The translations under genes and the position numbers were made by a program. DNA of 64,000 nucleotides from Felis catus (lineage: Eukaryota), in assembly GCF_018350175.1 (NCBI RefSeq), contig NC_058368.1:18540001-18604000 (forward strand). The letters run 5' to 3'. Shown here piece after piece: positions 1 through 11,902 of this stretch (its first letter is position 1; each line of letters starts with the position of its first letter). Under the pieces are notes generated by a model. The model did no database searches, was not told where the DNA came from, and saw only the letters and a program-made list of their open reading frames with translations.

Positions 1-445
1 ATTTTGATAAAGTTCATTACATCAAATTTTCGTTTTATTCTGTGGGTTTTGTGCCCTAAGAACTCTTTGTATACCCAATGTCACAATGATTTTATCCTAT
101 CTTTTCTCCAAGAATGCTATTATCGTTTTAGACTTACATTTAGGTCTACCATTTATCTTAACTTAATTTTTTGTGTCACGGTAAGTGTCGACATTTACTT
201 TTTTCCTCGTGGATATCTAGTTGTTGAAACAAGTCAGCTTAGTGTCTTTGTCAAAAATCAACTGGCCATCCGCGTGTGTCTGTGTTTCTGGAGTCTGTGC
301 CTGTTTCACGAATCTAAACCTTTATGTCTCTCCTTCCACCAACACCACACTATCCCAAATACTTCAACTTTATAGTTTATCCTAGGATCGGGCTCCACAG
401 GTCCCCTAAATTTGTTATTTTTCCAAATCATATTGAAATTGGTTT
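1..445 (-). mobile_element. Old L1 (L1M-type) ORF2/3' fragment, antisense
   Basis: T-rich stretch with 'cttacatttaggtctaccatttatcttaacttaattttttgtg', resembling the common antisense L1M motif; runs off the window edge. Confidence 0.6.
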
Positions 446-458
446 ATGTCTACCTTTC

Positions 459-665
459 TTTTTTTAATGTTCATATATTTTTGAGAGAGAGAGAACACTA
501 GCACACTCACAAGTGGGGGAGGGGCAGAGGGAGAGGGAGACAGGATCCGAAGCGGGCTCTGAGCTGACCGCAGCAAGCCTGATGCGAGGCTCGAAATCAC
601 GAACTGCGAGATCATGACCTGAGCCGAGGTCCGACGCTGAACCGACTGAGCCACCTGGGTGCCCC
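459..665 (-). mobile_element. Can-SINE (feline SINEC type)
   Basis: Reverse complement begins ggggcacccaggtggctcagtcggtt; has (CT)n and A-tail; degenerate TSD tatgtctacctttc (445-458) / tatgcctatctttc (666-679). Confidence 0.95.
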
Positions 666-2462
666 TATGCCTATCTTTCAATAAGTAATATATGCACACA
701 AGGGGGTTTCAATGAGAAGTAAGTCTTTCCCCCCTCCCATCTCTAGCTCCTAGGCTGCTGATTCTCCTCCCCCAAAATAGCCACTTTTAGCAATTTCTTA
801 TTGTTTTCTTTTGCACAGCCTAGAATTGATTTTTTAAAAATTGAGTCAGACTTTAAATTTACTATTTAAAGGAATGTTAGTTCCAGACCAATCTGAGAGG
901 GAAAAAATAATGCCCTAGATTTATATTCTGTATCAATCCAAATTTCAAGTGTGTGTGCCTCAAGTGAGGCCTGTCAATATTGGAAGGATTCAACCTTTGC
1001 TGATGATGCATTTGATTTTATCCACCAAGGAAGGAGGAGCAGGGACATTTGTGTACATCATCTACTCACCCAAATTCTGTTAGAGTCATTTAAATATGCT
1101 GCTTATGTTTAGGTGAGTTGCAGTATAATTATATGACACCAAGTAATCAGGGCTTGGTAATACTAACAAATTGATCTTTTAAGGCAGTCTGGAAGCCTAG
1201 TTAAGAATCATCTGAGTGTGTGACTCAGAGGTCACCCGTCCCAAAGATCCAGAAACGGCAAAGCTAGAACCGCACAGATAGAATTCGGCTCTACAGACTT
1301 TATCATTGTCCTGTGAGTATAAAATCTTACGACAGGAAATGTGGAGGAATGCAGAGACAAACTAAACCCCGCCAGTGTCTTCTAGAAATTCACAGACTAG
1401 AAGGGGAGGCAGGCACACATATAAGCGTCCCTGATGCAATGAAAAGTTCTAAAACTGAGGTTCCCAGACGAGACTCTGGAAACATGGAGAAAGCACATTC
1501 TGGAAACTAGATGATCATGCTATTTAAACTGTTCCTGAATTCAAAGCACACTGACATTCTCATTTTAGGATGACATCTAAGCAGCATACGGCTCTCCAGA
1601 CTTGTATTTCATCCTTATAATATTTCATTCTCACTGAGAGGAATTCTTTTAACTCTGAATTAGGTCAGTGGTTCTTCAATAAAAGCATATAAAAAGAGAA
1701 GGGGGTATTAGGAACCAAACCAAATCCTAAGCTTGCCTTGTTGATCACATGTAATTACTCTTCTGGGAACACCAAACAAAAGTAATAAAGTTCTTCTGGT
1801 AACATAAAAAAATGGATTTAGTGACTTGCTTGCTTTAGAGGGAGAGAGACAAGCAGTAAGAGCTGCCCAGCCCGAGAAAACAGGGAGAAGAGAATTTCTT
1901 GCCTCCTCTACAACTTGGCATTTCCTCTGGATTCTCAGGAAACCATGCAGGCTGAACACAAAAAGAACTGTACCTGAGAATTCCTATGTCTGATTCAGAG
2001 AAAAGCAAGATATTGGCTGTGGGTAAAGTGTGCAGGTTTGTGGACTTAAATTACCCAGAATGTCTTGTCTGTATGTGTTCCTAACACACAGGGAATGGTA
2101 TGTGTGTTGTAAAATATTTTCCATTAAAACTTCTTATAACTTAGGGTTTTAATAACTTCGTGGTTTTCCAATAGTCTACGGTATCCTTGGAAACCCTGAG
2201 GGAGGACAGCACCCTACATTAAACACGCTATCCTGATGAAATGAGTGAGAAAGCGTTCCATGAGAATGCTACACTTGCTTGTGCGTATTTTGGGGGGCTT
2301 CGTTAGTTACTGAATAACGCATTAGCCAACCCACAAGGATCACAAAGGTCAGATCTATGAAGCCAGATTCAGTATTTCATAGATATGCTCATTGACTAAT
2401 AGAAGACTAATGAAGGCTAAAAGTGGGTCACGTGGCCAAAAGCGGAAGTTCGACATAATCCT

Positions 2463-3123
2463 TGGGGAAGATTCAGAGTGGACAGTGTTTAAGGAGATTT
2501 GAAAGGGCACCCAGTAAAGGTTCCCCCTGTCTAAGCTTTTCTAAGGGCAGCAGTCAAATCTTCTTTCGGCCAGACAATTAGAATTCATGTGTTTAAAATC
2601 TGGAAAACCCTGAAGGCACTTCATGTCATTTCCCTTTTGTTGATGAAGCAACTTTTATACAAGACGGACATTGTATTGTATTATTAGTGCATCCTTTGAT
2701 GGCACTGTAAAGTGCCACAGAACGTTCATATACTTTTCAATCCCTGGGCAACACTTCGGGGACGGATATCACTGTCGACAGCGTGATCTGACACTGAAAC
2801 CTGAAAACCCCGAGTACTTTGTGACATCAACAGATCAAGCACCATGGTCGTCACGAGCGTGCAGGGGCAGACGGTCAGAAGCTTCCTCTCTGACTGGAGA
2901 CCGGGTGGGGCTTTTGTTTGCTGAACCCTCTCTCCCCGTGATGAATGGATCTACTTGCATAGGGGAGGGCCCTGTGGTCTCCTGTGTGAGAACAGTCGCT
3001 GGCAGACCGGAGAGAACTCTGACCGCTCACAGGAAGGATGCAATTGGAATCACACATCACCCTCCACAGAACCTGGCTGCTGCCTACTGTGAAGATGGGC
3101 TCCGAAAGCTCTGGAAACCCTAA
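2463..3123 (+). pseudogene. SMU1 (pseudogene): Processed, 5'-truncated pseudogene of SMU1 (WD40 spliceosomal factor), C-terminal coding part
   Basis: Successive frames give [90 protein letters not shown] and ERTLTAHRKDAIGITHHPPQNLAAAYCEDGLRKLWKP*, colinear with the SMU1 C-terminus as recalled (..[22 protein letters not shown]); no introns; several frameshifts and stops. Confidence 0.93.
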
Positions 3124-3665
3124 TCACACTTTTCTTTTAAAACTCGCTTGAGGGGCGCCTGGGTGGCTCAGTCGGTTAAGCGTCCAACTTCAGCTCAGGT
3201 CACGATCTCGCGGTCCGTGAGTTCGAGCCCCGCGTCGGGCTCTGGGCTGACTGCTCAGAGCCTGGAGCCTGTTTCGGATTCTGTGTCTCCCTCTCTCTGA
3301 CCCTCCCCCGTTCATGCTCTGTCTCTCTCTGTCTCAACAATAAATAAACGTTAAAAAAAAGAAAACTCGCTTGAGAGCATGCGCTTAAATGAAGGCATAT
3401 TCGTGTATTGCTTTTTTTTTTGTTTAAGGCTACCTTTTTTAAGCAATTGTTTGAATTAAGAACAAGAATTCATGTGAAAATTCATGTTCCGGTTTTTATA
3501 TTTTTTCAGGTACTCATTTATCTGTTTCTAATTGGGGCAGTCACTTAATGTTTTTGGTAGTCCCTACCTGGAGAGTGAAATACTGCTGTTTATAAAAAAA
3601 AAAAAAAACTGTACCCCTTTATTTGAAATGGTGATTAAAATGTGCCTCCTGCAGTAAAACTTGTA
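3124..3665 (+). pseudogene. Probable 3'UTR of the SMU1 retrocopy, interrupted by a SINE
   Basis: AT-rich sequence after the stop codon; ATTAAA at ~3635 lies about 25 nt before a purine microsatellite that probably derives from the poly(A) tail. Confidence 0.6.
3152..3361 (+). mobile_element. Young Can-SINE (SINEC_Fc-like)
   Basis: ggggcgcctgggtggctcagtcggttaagcg start; CpGs retained; perfect TSD aaaactcgcttga (3139-3151 / 3362-3374). Confidence 0.97.
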
Positions 3666-3772
3666 GAAAGAAAGAAAGAAAGGAGAGGAGAGGAGAGGAG
3701 AGGAGAGGAGAGGAGAGGAGAGGAGAGGAGAGGAGAAGAGAGGAGAGGAGAAAGAAAGAGCTAGAGGGAGGG
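3666..3772 (+). repeat. (GAAA)n-(GGAGA)n polypurine microsatellite
   Basis: Direct reading. Confidence 0.95.
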
Positions 3773-3815
3773 ACATGCAACCTTCCTGGTATTCCCACTG
3801 TTTGGCACTTATATC

Positions 3816-4336
3816 TGTATCAGTTAGGAATGCCTTCAGCTACAAATAACAGAAAACCCAATTCACAGTGGTTGAAACAAATAGGGATTTCTTTTTCTAA
3901 AATAGCAAAGGGGTCCAAAGACTGGTTGTGTTTAATGATGGTCCAGCTGCTCAATAAAACCTTCAAGGACCTAAGCTCATTCTGTCTTTTCCTCCCACCA
4001 TCTCTAGTATCTTTCTTATGTTCACTTTGCACCATCATGATTGTCACTGGTCACAAAATGGCTGCAGAAGCTCCAGGCTTCTTATCTGCATATAAGACAG
4101 GGAAAAAGAAAAAAAGGTGACACCAGCACAAATGCCCCCTTTATCAGGGAAAGCAATAAAGTTTTTCAAAAGCCAGCAGGACTAACATCTCATTGGCTAG
4201 AACTGGGTCGCATTGCCACCCTAGCTGCGTATGTAGCTGGGGAAGTGAGTATGCGGTGCACTCTCTATTGTGGGAGGCAGGAGGGAGTAAGAGGGTTGAG
4301 AATGATGAAGTTAGCCAATCAATGGTTTCCGCCACA
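3816..4336 (-). mobile_element. Old MaLR solo LTR (MLT1J/K/L-like)
   Basis: Starts tgtatcagttagg..cagctacaaataacagaaaacccaa, contains tctcattggctagaactgggtc, ends gccaca (TG...CA termini). Confidence 0.75.
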
Positions 4337-6004
4337 GTATATAATCAAAGCATTACACTTCATTAGGCTTTAATTTTCACAACGCCGAAAAGCAATGGCA
4401 AAGGGCACTGTGATTATAATGAAATCAAAACAAGGAGGAGTTTGTAGATGCCTGAATATATAATAAACTGGACTGATTAGCTCTGTCTTTGGCTTAGTTG
4501 GAAATTCAGCCCTTTCTGCCTACAAAGATAACCTGGGGTAAGTCAGAGCCCCCGGGTCCTTGTTTGCTTTGCAGCTGGAAATCAAAAGCCTGAAATAATA
4601 GAATAGCCACACAGAAGGGTGAGCTGGCTGTCATCACCACCCCACCCTCTACTTCAAAGCCTCATTTAAAGGTCTGTAAGCCTTTGAAGCCTTTTAGTCC
4701 AAAACTGAAGCATCCCCCAGCAGGTCCCTGGTTTTCATGTGTTCAGAGTATGACATATTAGCATGTATTCAGCACTAGGAGAGGATAGTGATCTTTCAGA
4801 TTTGCAAACTTCTATGGCTGGCAGTTGCGGTGTGCTTCTTGAATGCTGTTGCTGTTGTTGCTGTTGAATCCAGTGTTTTGGGAAATCACTACAAAAGGCA
4901 CCAAGTGCGATGGGACTCATTTCCCACTATCCTGAACCTCCTGGAATCGTCAATCGAACAATAAATGATCTTTGTAACAGGAACGCTGGGATAAGAAGAC
5001 GATAGACACAGCTACAGAAGATAAACCATCTGCGTACTTGTGTTCTTTTATAGACGACGAGACCCATGGCTGTTTGGGGAGGCAGGTATCTGTCCGCATC
5101 TGGTGAGAGGAATACGCCACAGGGAAGACAGGCTTGGTGGCTCCATAGGAGACCCCAGCCCATAGAATACTAGTAAACCTTGGGGGGGTGGGTACACAGA
5201 GAGATGAAGGAGTAGACGGATGGATGAACACACATACAGATAGACAGACACATAAATGGAGAGAGGGGAAGAGGAAGGGAAAGAAGAAGGAAGAGAGGGA
5301 AAAGGCAAAACCACAAGAACAAAAGGAAGAAAGAATCTGAACTTATACCATGGTGGGGCAAGAAGATAAAACAAATAGCAAATACAATGATTTGGCTTTA
5401 GGAAACCAAAGCTTAAAGATCCTAAAGTAAGTATGTTTTGTTCCTCTTTATTTCCACCCCCTCCAGAGTTAGTAATACAATCTGGATCTAAAGGGATTTT
5501 TAATTACTTACCTCGTCTTCTTTAACATCATCCCTGAACCACTGGCTTTCCCTGAGGTTGGCTATCAGTTGCAGAGAAGAGGTGACAAGGTTTACAAAAT
5601 CCAGTCAGGTTGACATTGGGTTACCACAAGACAAATAGAGCAAGAGGGAAAATGAGAAAAATTAATATTCTAGCTCCCGGTTAAATCTCCTTTTAGCTTA
5701 AGTGAGGCCACAATTGTGTAACAATTTACTGCTGTGTAAAAATATTGGTATGTCTGGGAGTGATTCTTTCCAAAGCAAGATTGCTGAGATCCAGATGCAC
5801 TTGACAATGTCAGGGTGCTATTCACTGGAAGGCTCTAATGACTGTAATAGGAGCGGGGTAATAATTAATAAAGCTGACAGCAGAAATTCCACGAAGACCA
5901 TAAGACCATAAATACAACTTGCTACATCAGTCTGCCTTGCCAGGAACATTACATTCTGTTTGGTCTTTCATGCACCAGGACCAGAAGTATTAGGATAGCA
6001 ACTT

Positions 6005-6222
6005 CGTGATGGTGGAGTGAAAAGAGCACAAACTTAGTATCAGAAAGACCAATGTGGGACCCGGCAGGTCCTATCTGTGACCTTGGGGGAATTCTTGACC
6101 TTCCTGTGCCTCAGTCTCTTCTTCTGACAAGTGGAAATAGCACTGTTACCTCAGAGGATAATTTCACTCACTGGAAGGATGGCCAACAAACATATAAAAT
6201 ACCTAGCACACAGCATATCCTC
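6005..6222 (+). mobile_element. MIR SINE relic
   Basis: Core motif tgtgaccttggg...cttcctgtgcctcagtctcttcttctgacaagtggaaatag. Confidence 0.65.
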
Positions 6223-6490
6223 AAAAAAAAAAAAAAAAAAGGCAGCTTTCTTTCCTACCAGTAGGAACACAAGAGGATGCACGTGACCTAGAAAGAACCT
6301 GCTTTTCCAGAGGGCTGTCCCAGTGGCGGTTCTGGAGCTGAGTGATACACAAGCCAAGAGTCCCTTTGCTTCGATCAGTTGTCCAGTGGTGACAAGACAC
6401 TCTCCTCAGGGCTATTGGCCAGAGTTAGAAATTTTAGTATTGCAACTAAGCTCACCAAGAGACCCAAAAGGGGTCTTGATATGGGCCTCA

Positions 6491-6706
6491 TTTAAAAAAA
6501 ATGTTTTAAATGTTTACTTATTTTTGAGAGAGACAGAGAGAGACAGAACACAAGCAGGGGAGGGGTAGAGACAGGGAGACAGAGAACCCGAAGGAGGCTG
6601 TAAGCCATCAGCACAGAGCCCGACGCGGGGCTCAAATTCACGCACTGCAAGATCATGACCTGAACTAAAGTCAGACACCTAACTGACTGAGTCATCCAGG
6701 CACCCC
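6491..6706 (-). mobile_element. Can-SINE
   Basis: Canonical SINEC body in reverse; flanked by tgggcctca repeats (6482-6490 / 6707-6715). Confidence 0.95.
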
Positions 6707-6720
6707 TGGGCCTCACTTCC

Positions 6721-6943
6721 AAAAAATTTTTTTTAAGTTTATTTATTTTGAGAGAGAAAGGAAGGGTGAGAGAGAGCATGAGTCAGGGACGGGCAGGGAT
6801 AGAGGGGGAGGGAGAATCCCAAGCAGGCTCTGCACGGTCGGCGCAGAACTCAACACGAGGCTTGAACCCATGAACCAGGAGATCATGACTTGAGCCCAAA
6901 CCAAGAGTCGGGCACTTAACCAACTGAGCCACCCAGGCGCCCC
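6721..6943 (-). mobile_element. Can-SINE (older subtype, ggagaatcccaagcagg variant)
   Basis: Canonical body; followed by atacgggcctcatt, a third copy of the target. Confidence 0.95.
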
Positions 6944-6977
6944 AATACGGGCCTCATTAATACCATACTATGTAAGC

Positions 6978-7185
6978 CAGGAGTCAGGAAACATTCTGCT
7001 GGCCAAACCAATTTTTGTAAATAAAGTTTTATTGGGACAGAGTTGCACTCACTCATGTACACAGTGCCTATGGCTACTTTCATACTACAGTAGCACAGTT
7101 GACTAGTTGTGATAGAGACCATAAGGCCCACAGGCCTAAAACATTTACTATCTGGCACTTTACAGAAAAAATTTGCTGAGCCCTA
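6978..7185 (+). mobile_element. MER58A-like hAT-Charlie MITE
   Basis: ttttgtaaataaagttttattggg...cctaaaacatttactatctggcactttacagaaaaaatttgctgagcccta; degenerate TIRs caggagtcaggaaac / tttgctgagcccta. Confidence 0.88.
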
Positions 7186-7559
7186 CTCTAAACACCAAAA
7201 CTACAACCGTGTTCATATGTTAGAGATAACATATTTGTGAAGCACTTTTTATAACCCCAGTATTGTGGTAAGCTTGGTGTTATTTACAAATCAAATGAAC
7301 ACCAGTCCCTAAGAAAAGGCTCACGGTCTTATAAGGAGATGAGTAGACAAAGCAAGCAAAGAGTTGTAGCAAATTATAAAGAGCCAGTTACGTAATACAG
7401 GCTGCAGAGAGAATTCAAGATACACTGGAGTCTTGAGAACACATCGCAAGAGGATAGAAGCAGCCTGTATGGATATGAAGCAAAGAAGTTTTCCCAGCAG
7501 CAGTGGAGGAGGAGGAGGAGGAAGAGGAGGAGGAGAGTCATAAAAGCAAGAAGGTGTAT

Positions 7560-7990
7560 GGTGACTGGTAAAGAAATGAGGCTTACTGCAGGACAGCTGG
7601 CCGGGAGGTAGGGGGAGTGGTAAAATGAAGGGGTGCAATCTGACTGTAGGCGCAGCTGGGAAAAGTTGGGTCTAAGAGGTTGGACTTGACTCTAAGCAAG
7701 AGAGAGCCATGGTGGCTCCCTGTGTGCACATCAACTACATGGTGAAAGTCATCTTGGGAGGAGAGAAATTGGAGATCAGAACTCCGATCGAGCTTTTAGC
7801 TAGACTTCAAGCATGAGATGATGACACAGTTCCTCGGGTAGAAGCAGAATAGGGACAGATCTGAGAGACTTTGCAAAGCAAAGCTTGGTGACCGGTCGAT
7901 GTGACATGTGAAGAGTCAAAGATTCCGGAATTTCCTGCTGGGAAGTCTGGTGGAATGGTGGGTACCGCCAACAGAAAGGGAGACCCAATG
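7560..7990 (-). mobile_element. L2 LINE relic
   Basis: Purine-rich L2-type motifs (tggacttgactctaag, gacagatctgagagac, gagtcaaagattcc). Confidence 0.5.
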
Positions 7991-8442
7991 TACAAGGAAA
8001 CATTTCTGCACCTTTTAAATAGATTCAATATTATGGAATTTCAAATTGCCAAAACCTCTCTTGGAAGATTCATCTGTTGTACACAACCTCACATCTCTGA
8101 TTCGTGAAACTTGCAAGATTTGAGGCTGAAGCACATCACATGTTCCATTCATTCATTCCTTCAGCAAATGTTACCTCAGCACTTGGCTAGCAGCTGATTA
8201 CCGAGGTAGGTCTGGGGATATCAAGGTGAATGACATGTGACCCTGCTTTTAAGGTATACAATAAATTTGGTAACAAGGTCTTTACTAATAGTGGAAACAC
8301 ACATGAAAAACTAATCCTAGCTCAGCTGAGGGGGATAACAATTAAATCTAAAAGGACTGCATGCTACAGAAGGGGGGGGGGGGTGATCAAGCAACCAATG
8401 ATCACGAAGCAATTTGAATTATAAATATCAAGGATGCAGGAT

Positions 8443-8650
8443 GGGGCACCTGGGTGGTGGCTGACTTCGGCTCATGTCATGATCCCATGGTGTGTGGGTT
8501 TAAGCCCCATGTTGGGCTGTGTGCTGACAGCTCAGAACCTGGAGCCTGCTTCGGATTCTGTGCCTCCCAAGCTCTCTGCCCCTCCCCCACTCACATTCTG
8601 TCTCTCTCTCTCAAAAATACACAAAGCATTAAAAATTAAAAAAAAAAAAA
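8443..8650 (+). mobile_element. Can-SINE with small 5' internal deletion
   Basis: ggggcacctgggtgg start; TSD aaggatgcagga / aagaatgcagga. Confidence 0.93.
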
Positions 8651-8989
8651 GAATGCAGGAGAATGGGAACAAATTTCTCAATCTTGAAAGTATGGAAACA
8701 GGAAACCTCCTGAGCAAAGAGAATATTACTCAGGTGAGAATGGATAAAGGATGAGGATCAAAAAAAAATGACACATGAAAGGCAAGTGGTCATCAAGAAG
8801 ATGAAACCAAATCCCAATGACCGTAAATTGCTTCTATCTGTATATTCGTTTAGCACCTTCATCCTTCACTTCAAGGAAGGGACTTTCTCTGGAACACTAC
8901 AAATCTTTAATTATAGGAAGTAAATTCACTTTACAATAATCAGCTTTAGACAAATGAAGTGCATTTTTTCCACCGAGAAGAGATATGTA

Positions 8990-10045
8990 GGCAGAGTGTT
9001 TCACTGTTGGATAATGCAGCTTACATAGTTCCCTACAAGACACTTAGAAGGCATCTTAGAAACTTGCACATGTAGGTATTTTTTAGTGTCTCATCGATAC
9101 AGTGAGCAGTACTACTCTTTAATGGGTAGGGACCAGAAATGCTGGACGTCCCTTACAGTGTAGTAGGTCCCACACCATGGAGGACTGCTACAGTCTGCAA
9201 TGGACATTCATGTAAGTAAAAAACCCATGTATAATTAACTGAGCCTAGTTCCTAACTCCATTTTAATATAAACACTTTTTTTGGCTCAATTTTGGTACAT
9301 ACTGAATTTCCCAAGAATGTAAGTACATCGAAAGTAAAAAAAAAAAAAAAAAAAAAAGTGTTGCTTTGCATTTTATGTGGAACGTTATCAAGCATCATCT
9401 GCCCTTTTGGGACATTCATTTAGAAAATTATGTCTCCAGGGGCACCAGGGTGGCTCAGTCGATTAAGCATCTGACTCTTGATTTCAGCTCAGGTCATGAT
9501 CTTGCAGCTTCGTGAGTTCAAGCCCCACATCGGGCTCCATGTAGGTAGAGCGGAGCCTGCTTGGGATTCTCTCTCTCCTTCTCTCTCTCTCTCTGCCCCT
9601 TCTCCACTCATGCTGTCTCTGTCTCTCTCAAAATTAGTAAATAAAACTTAAAAAAAAAATTTAAAGAAAATCATGTCACCAACAGCATTGCCACTTGTGG
9701 TATTGGGCATTGTGTTAGTCACCTTGACAAAAACATCTCTATCAGTCTGCGTTTTCAGCCAGCCCCCTCACAGTTAACTCTACTTGAATATTTTTATTTA
9801 GCTTTTATTCCCGAATGAGAAATTTCAAGAAAAAGTATAAGCACAACTTGGTCTTAACTGAAAGCCAGATTTACCTGTTACAAGCCAAGTGCAAGAATCT
9901 GACCACTTCATTATGTCTTTTAGTGTCATTGTACATGAACTTGTATTATAAATTATCTGCCATTCATTTCTTACTACTAGGTTTACACCATGTTGATTTT
10001 TTGACATTTTATATATATATGGATGTGCCTGTGTTAAATTACCTA
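8990..10045. mobile_element. hAT-Charlie DNA transposon relic (Charlie1-like), interrupted by a SINE
   Basis: aaaacccatgtataattaactgagcctagttcctaactccattttaatataaacac and caagaatctgaccacttcattatgtcttttagtg resemble Charlie1-family sequence as recalled; boundaries approximate. Confidence 0.55.
9439..9664 (+). mobile_element. Can-SINE
   Basis: Canonical body; TSD agaaaattatgtctcca / agaaaatcatgtcacca. Confidence 0.95.
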
Positions 10046-10199
10046 TGAATTTTATTTTCTCATGAAAACCTTGAGGCCCAAAGAGGTGATAGGGTTCCCC
10101 CCAAGTCAACTAGCTATTTAGCAGCAAAATCAGAGAGAAGATCCTTTTACCAAGCTCCTCCCATAAACCAGGCTCTGTACTAGTCACTTTCAATACTTT

Positions 10200-11110
10200 T
10201 CAATCATTTGTTCCAGAAATGCATTCTTAATGTCCACCAATGCTTAACATTGTGCAGGGGCCAACGTTGCCAACCTTCCTGCTAGGGCAGGTGACCAGAA
10301 AAGTCCATGACCATAAATGCGTGAGTAGATGAAATGGTAATGGCTCAGAAAGAAAGGATTTAACTCAGCCTGCTTGAAAAAACTCCTCCAAGAGGAGGTA
10401 ACACCGGAGCCGAATCTTGAACAGTGTTTGGGAGTCAGCCAGGTACACACAAGTGCAAAAGTGTTTCGGGCAGAGAGAACCCTAGAGGAGAGTCGCAGAG
10501 AGCTTGATGCTCCCATGGAACAAGGAGGGCTTCTGTCTGGTGTCAGCCTAGAGCGAGAACACGGCAGAGGCGAGGGCTGGAGTTAGAGAGAATGGAGGGA
10601 CATGGCTCGTGGTGAGCACGTCTTCCCAGCTCAAGGAAATTGAATTTACCCTTGAAGTTCATGAAAGGAATGATGGACTTTTAAGATGTGTGACACCAGG
10701 AAATTCACTCTGACGGTAGTATAGATTTTACAGTGGAATGTAGTGCAGTAACCCAGGCAAGAAATGCTGAGGAGCTGGATTAAGAGTGGTCTTGGGTGGA
10801 GAGGATGAGACAGAATACGAGGAGGCAGGGGGATCAGAGTCGGCAGGGTTTGGTGACTGATGGAACTTTCCAGACTGAGGGAGAAGGAAGACTTGCGAAG
10901 GCTCCGGGAGGCCAGGTGAAACCCTTCACTGAAATGAAATGTAGGAGGAAGGGGATAGTTCGGTCTGGGGGAGAAGGGAGAGGAAGACCGAGTTCAGCCT
11001 GGGACATGCTGGTACAAAGTGTGGACGGGCACTGAGGTCTGAAACTCAGGAGACAGGTCTGCACTGGCAGTACTAGAGATACTAATCTGGGAGGCAACAG
11101 CAAATATATC
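10200..11110 (-). mobile_element. L2 LINE relic
   Basis: tcaatcatttgttcc start; aggaggtaacaccggagccgaatcttgaa; ttcactctgacggtagt; gagttcagcctgggacatgctg. Confidence 0.55.
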
Positions 11111-11674
11111 ACCTCATGTAACCTCCCCTCCCCCCCCCCCAACTACTTTAGGAGGCAGTGGTTTCAGCCTCGTTTGACAGACCAGAAAACCAGTATGCTC
11201 AGTCATGTAGTTGGAGAGCTAAGATTTGCCCCACGGTCTGTCTGACTCCAAAGGCCATCCTGGCTCCTGCACGCCATGTTGTCTTCCAAAGCAGGAATCT
11301 CGTGACTCCCAGTTAGGCCTTTTTTCTATTGCTCCAACCTGTTCTTCTCTGTACATAAGACGCTCAATAAAATCTATCAGAATGGTTGCACGAAGACGCA
11401 CATCTTTCCAGAAATCACTAGACGTGACTTCCAGATTTCCTGAGAAATTTGGTTTCGGAAACAAGGTGAGAAGTATGGCACCAAGACAAGGGGATGGACA
11501 GTGGCCTTCCCAAGGCCACTCTGGAGCCCACAGAGAAGAATCTGTTACCACAGTCTCTGAGTGCACATTACTAAGCCACAGCTCTAGACAGAAAGTGGCC
11601 AAGGAGGATCCCAGAACTCTCACTTGAGGCCTCCAGGATTCAGAGACTACCCTCATTGATTAAAAACAAAAACA

Positions 11675-11806
11675 GGGGTGCCTGGGTAGCTCCGTCAGTT
11701 AAGTGTCAGACTCTTGGTTTCAGCTCAGTTCATGATCTCACAGTTCGTGAGTTTCAGCTCTGCATCGGGCTCTGTGCTGACAGTATGGAGACTACTGGGG
11801 ATTCTT

Positions 11807-11846
<40 letters not shown>

Positions 11847-11902
11847 CCTCCCCCACTTGTGCTCTCACTCTCTCAAAAATAAATAAAAATAAACTTAAAA
11901 AT
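11675..11902 (+). mobile_element. Can-SINE
   Basis: ggggtgcctgggtagctccgtc start, long (CT)n, aataaa tail. Confidence 0.93.

Noticed and set aside
2671..3123. 150-aa ORF as a functional gene
   Set aside because: Starts at TTG and switches between SMU1-frame and off-frame segments; a by-product of pseudogene frameshifts
4735..4920. Poly-Q ORF on the minus strand
   Set aside because: A short imperfect CAG/CAA microsatellite with no recognisable surrounding protein
5040..5110. Possible small exon (tgttcttttatag | ... | gtgaga)
   Set aside because: Splice-like motifs of this quality occur by chance; no recognisable peptide and no partner exons
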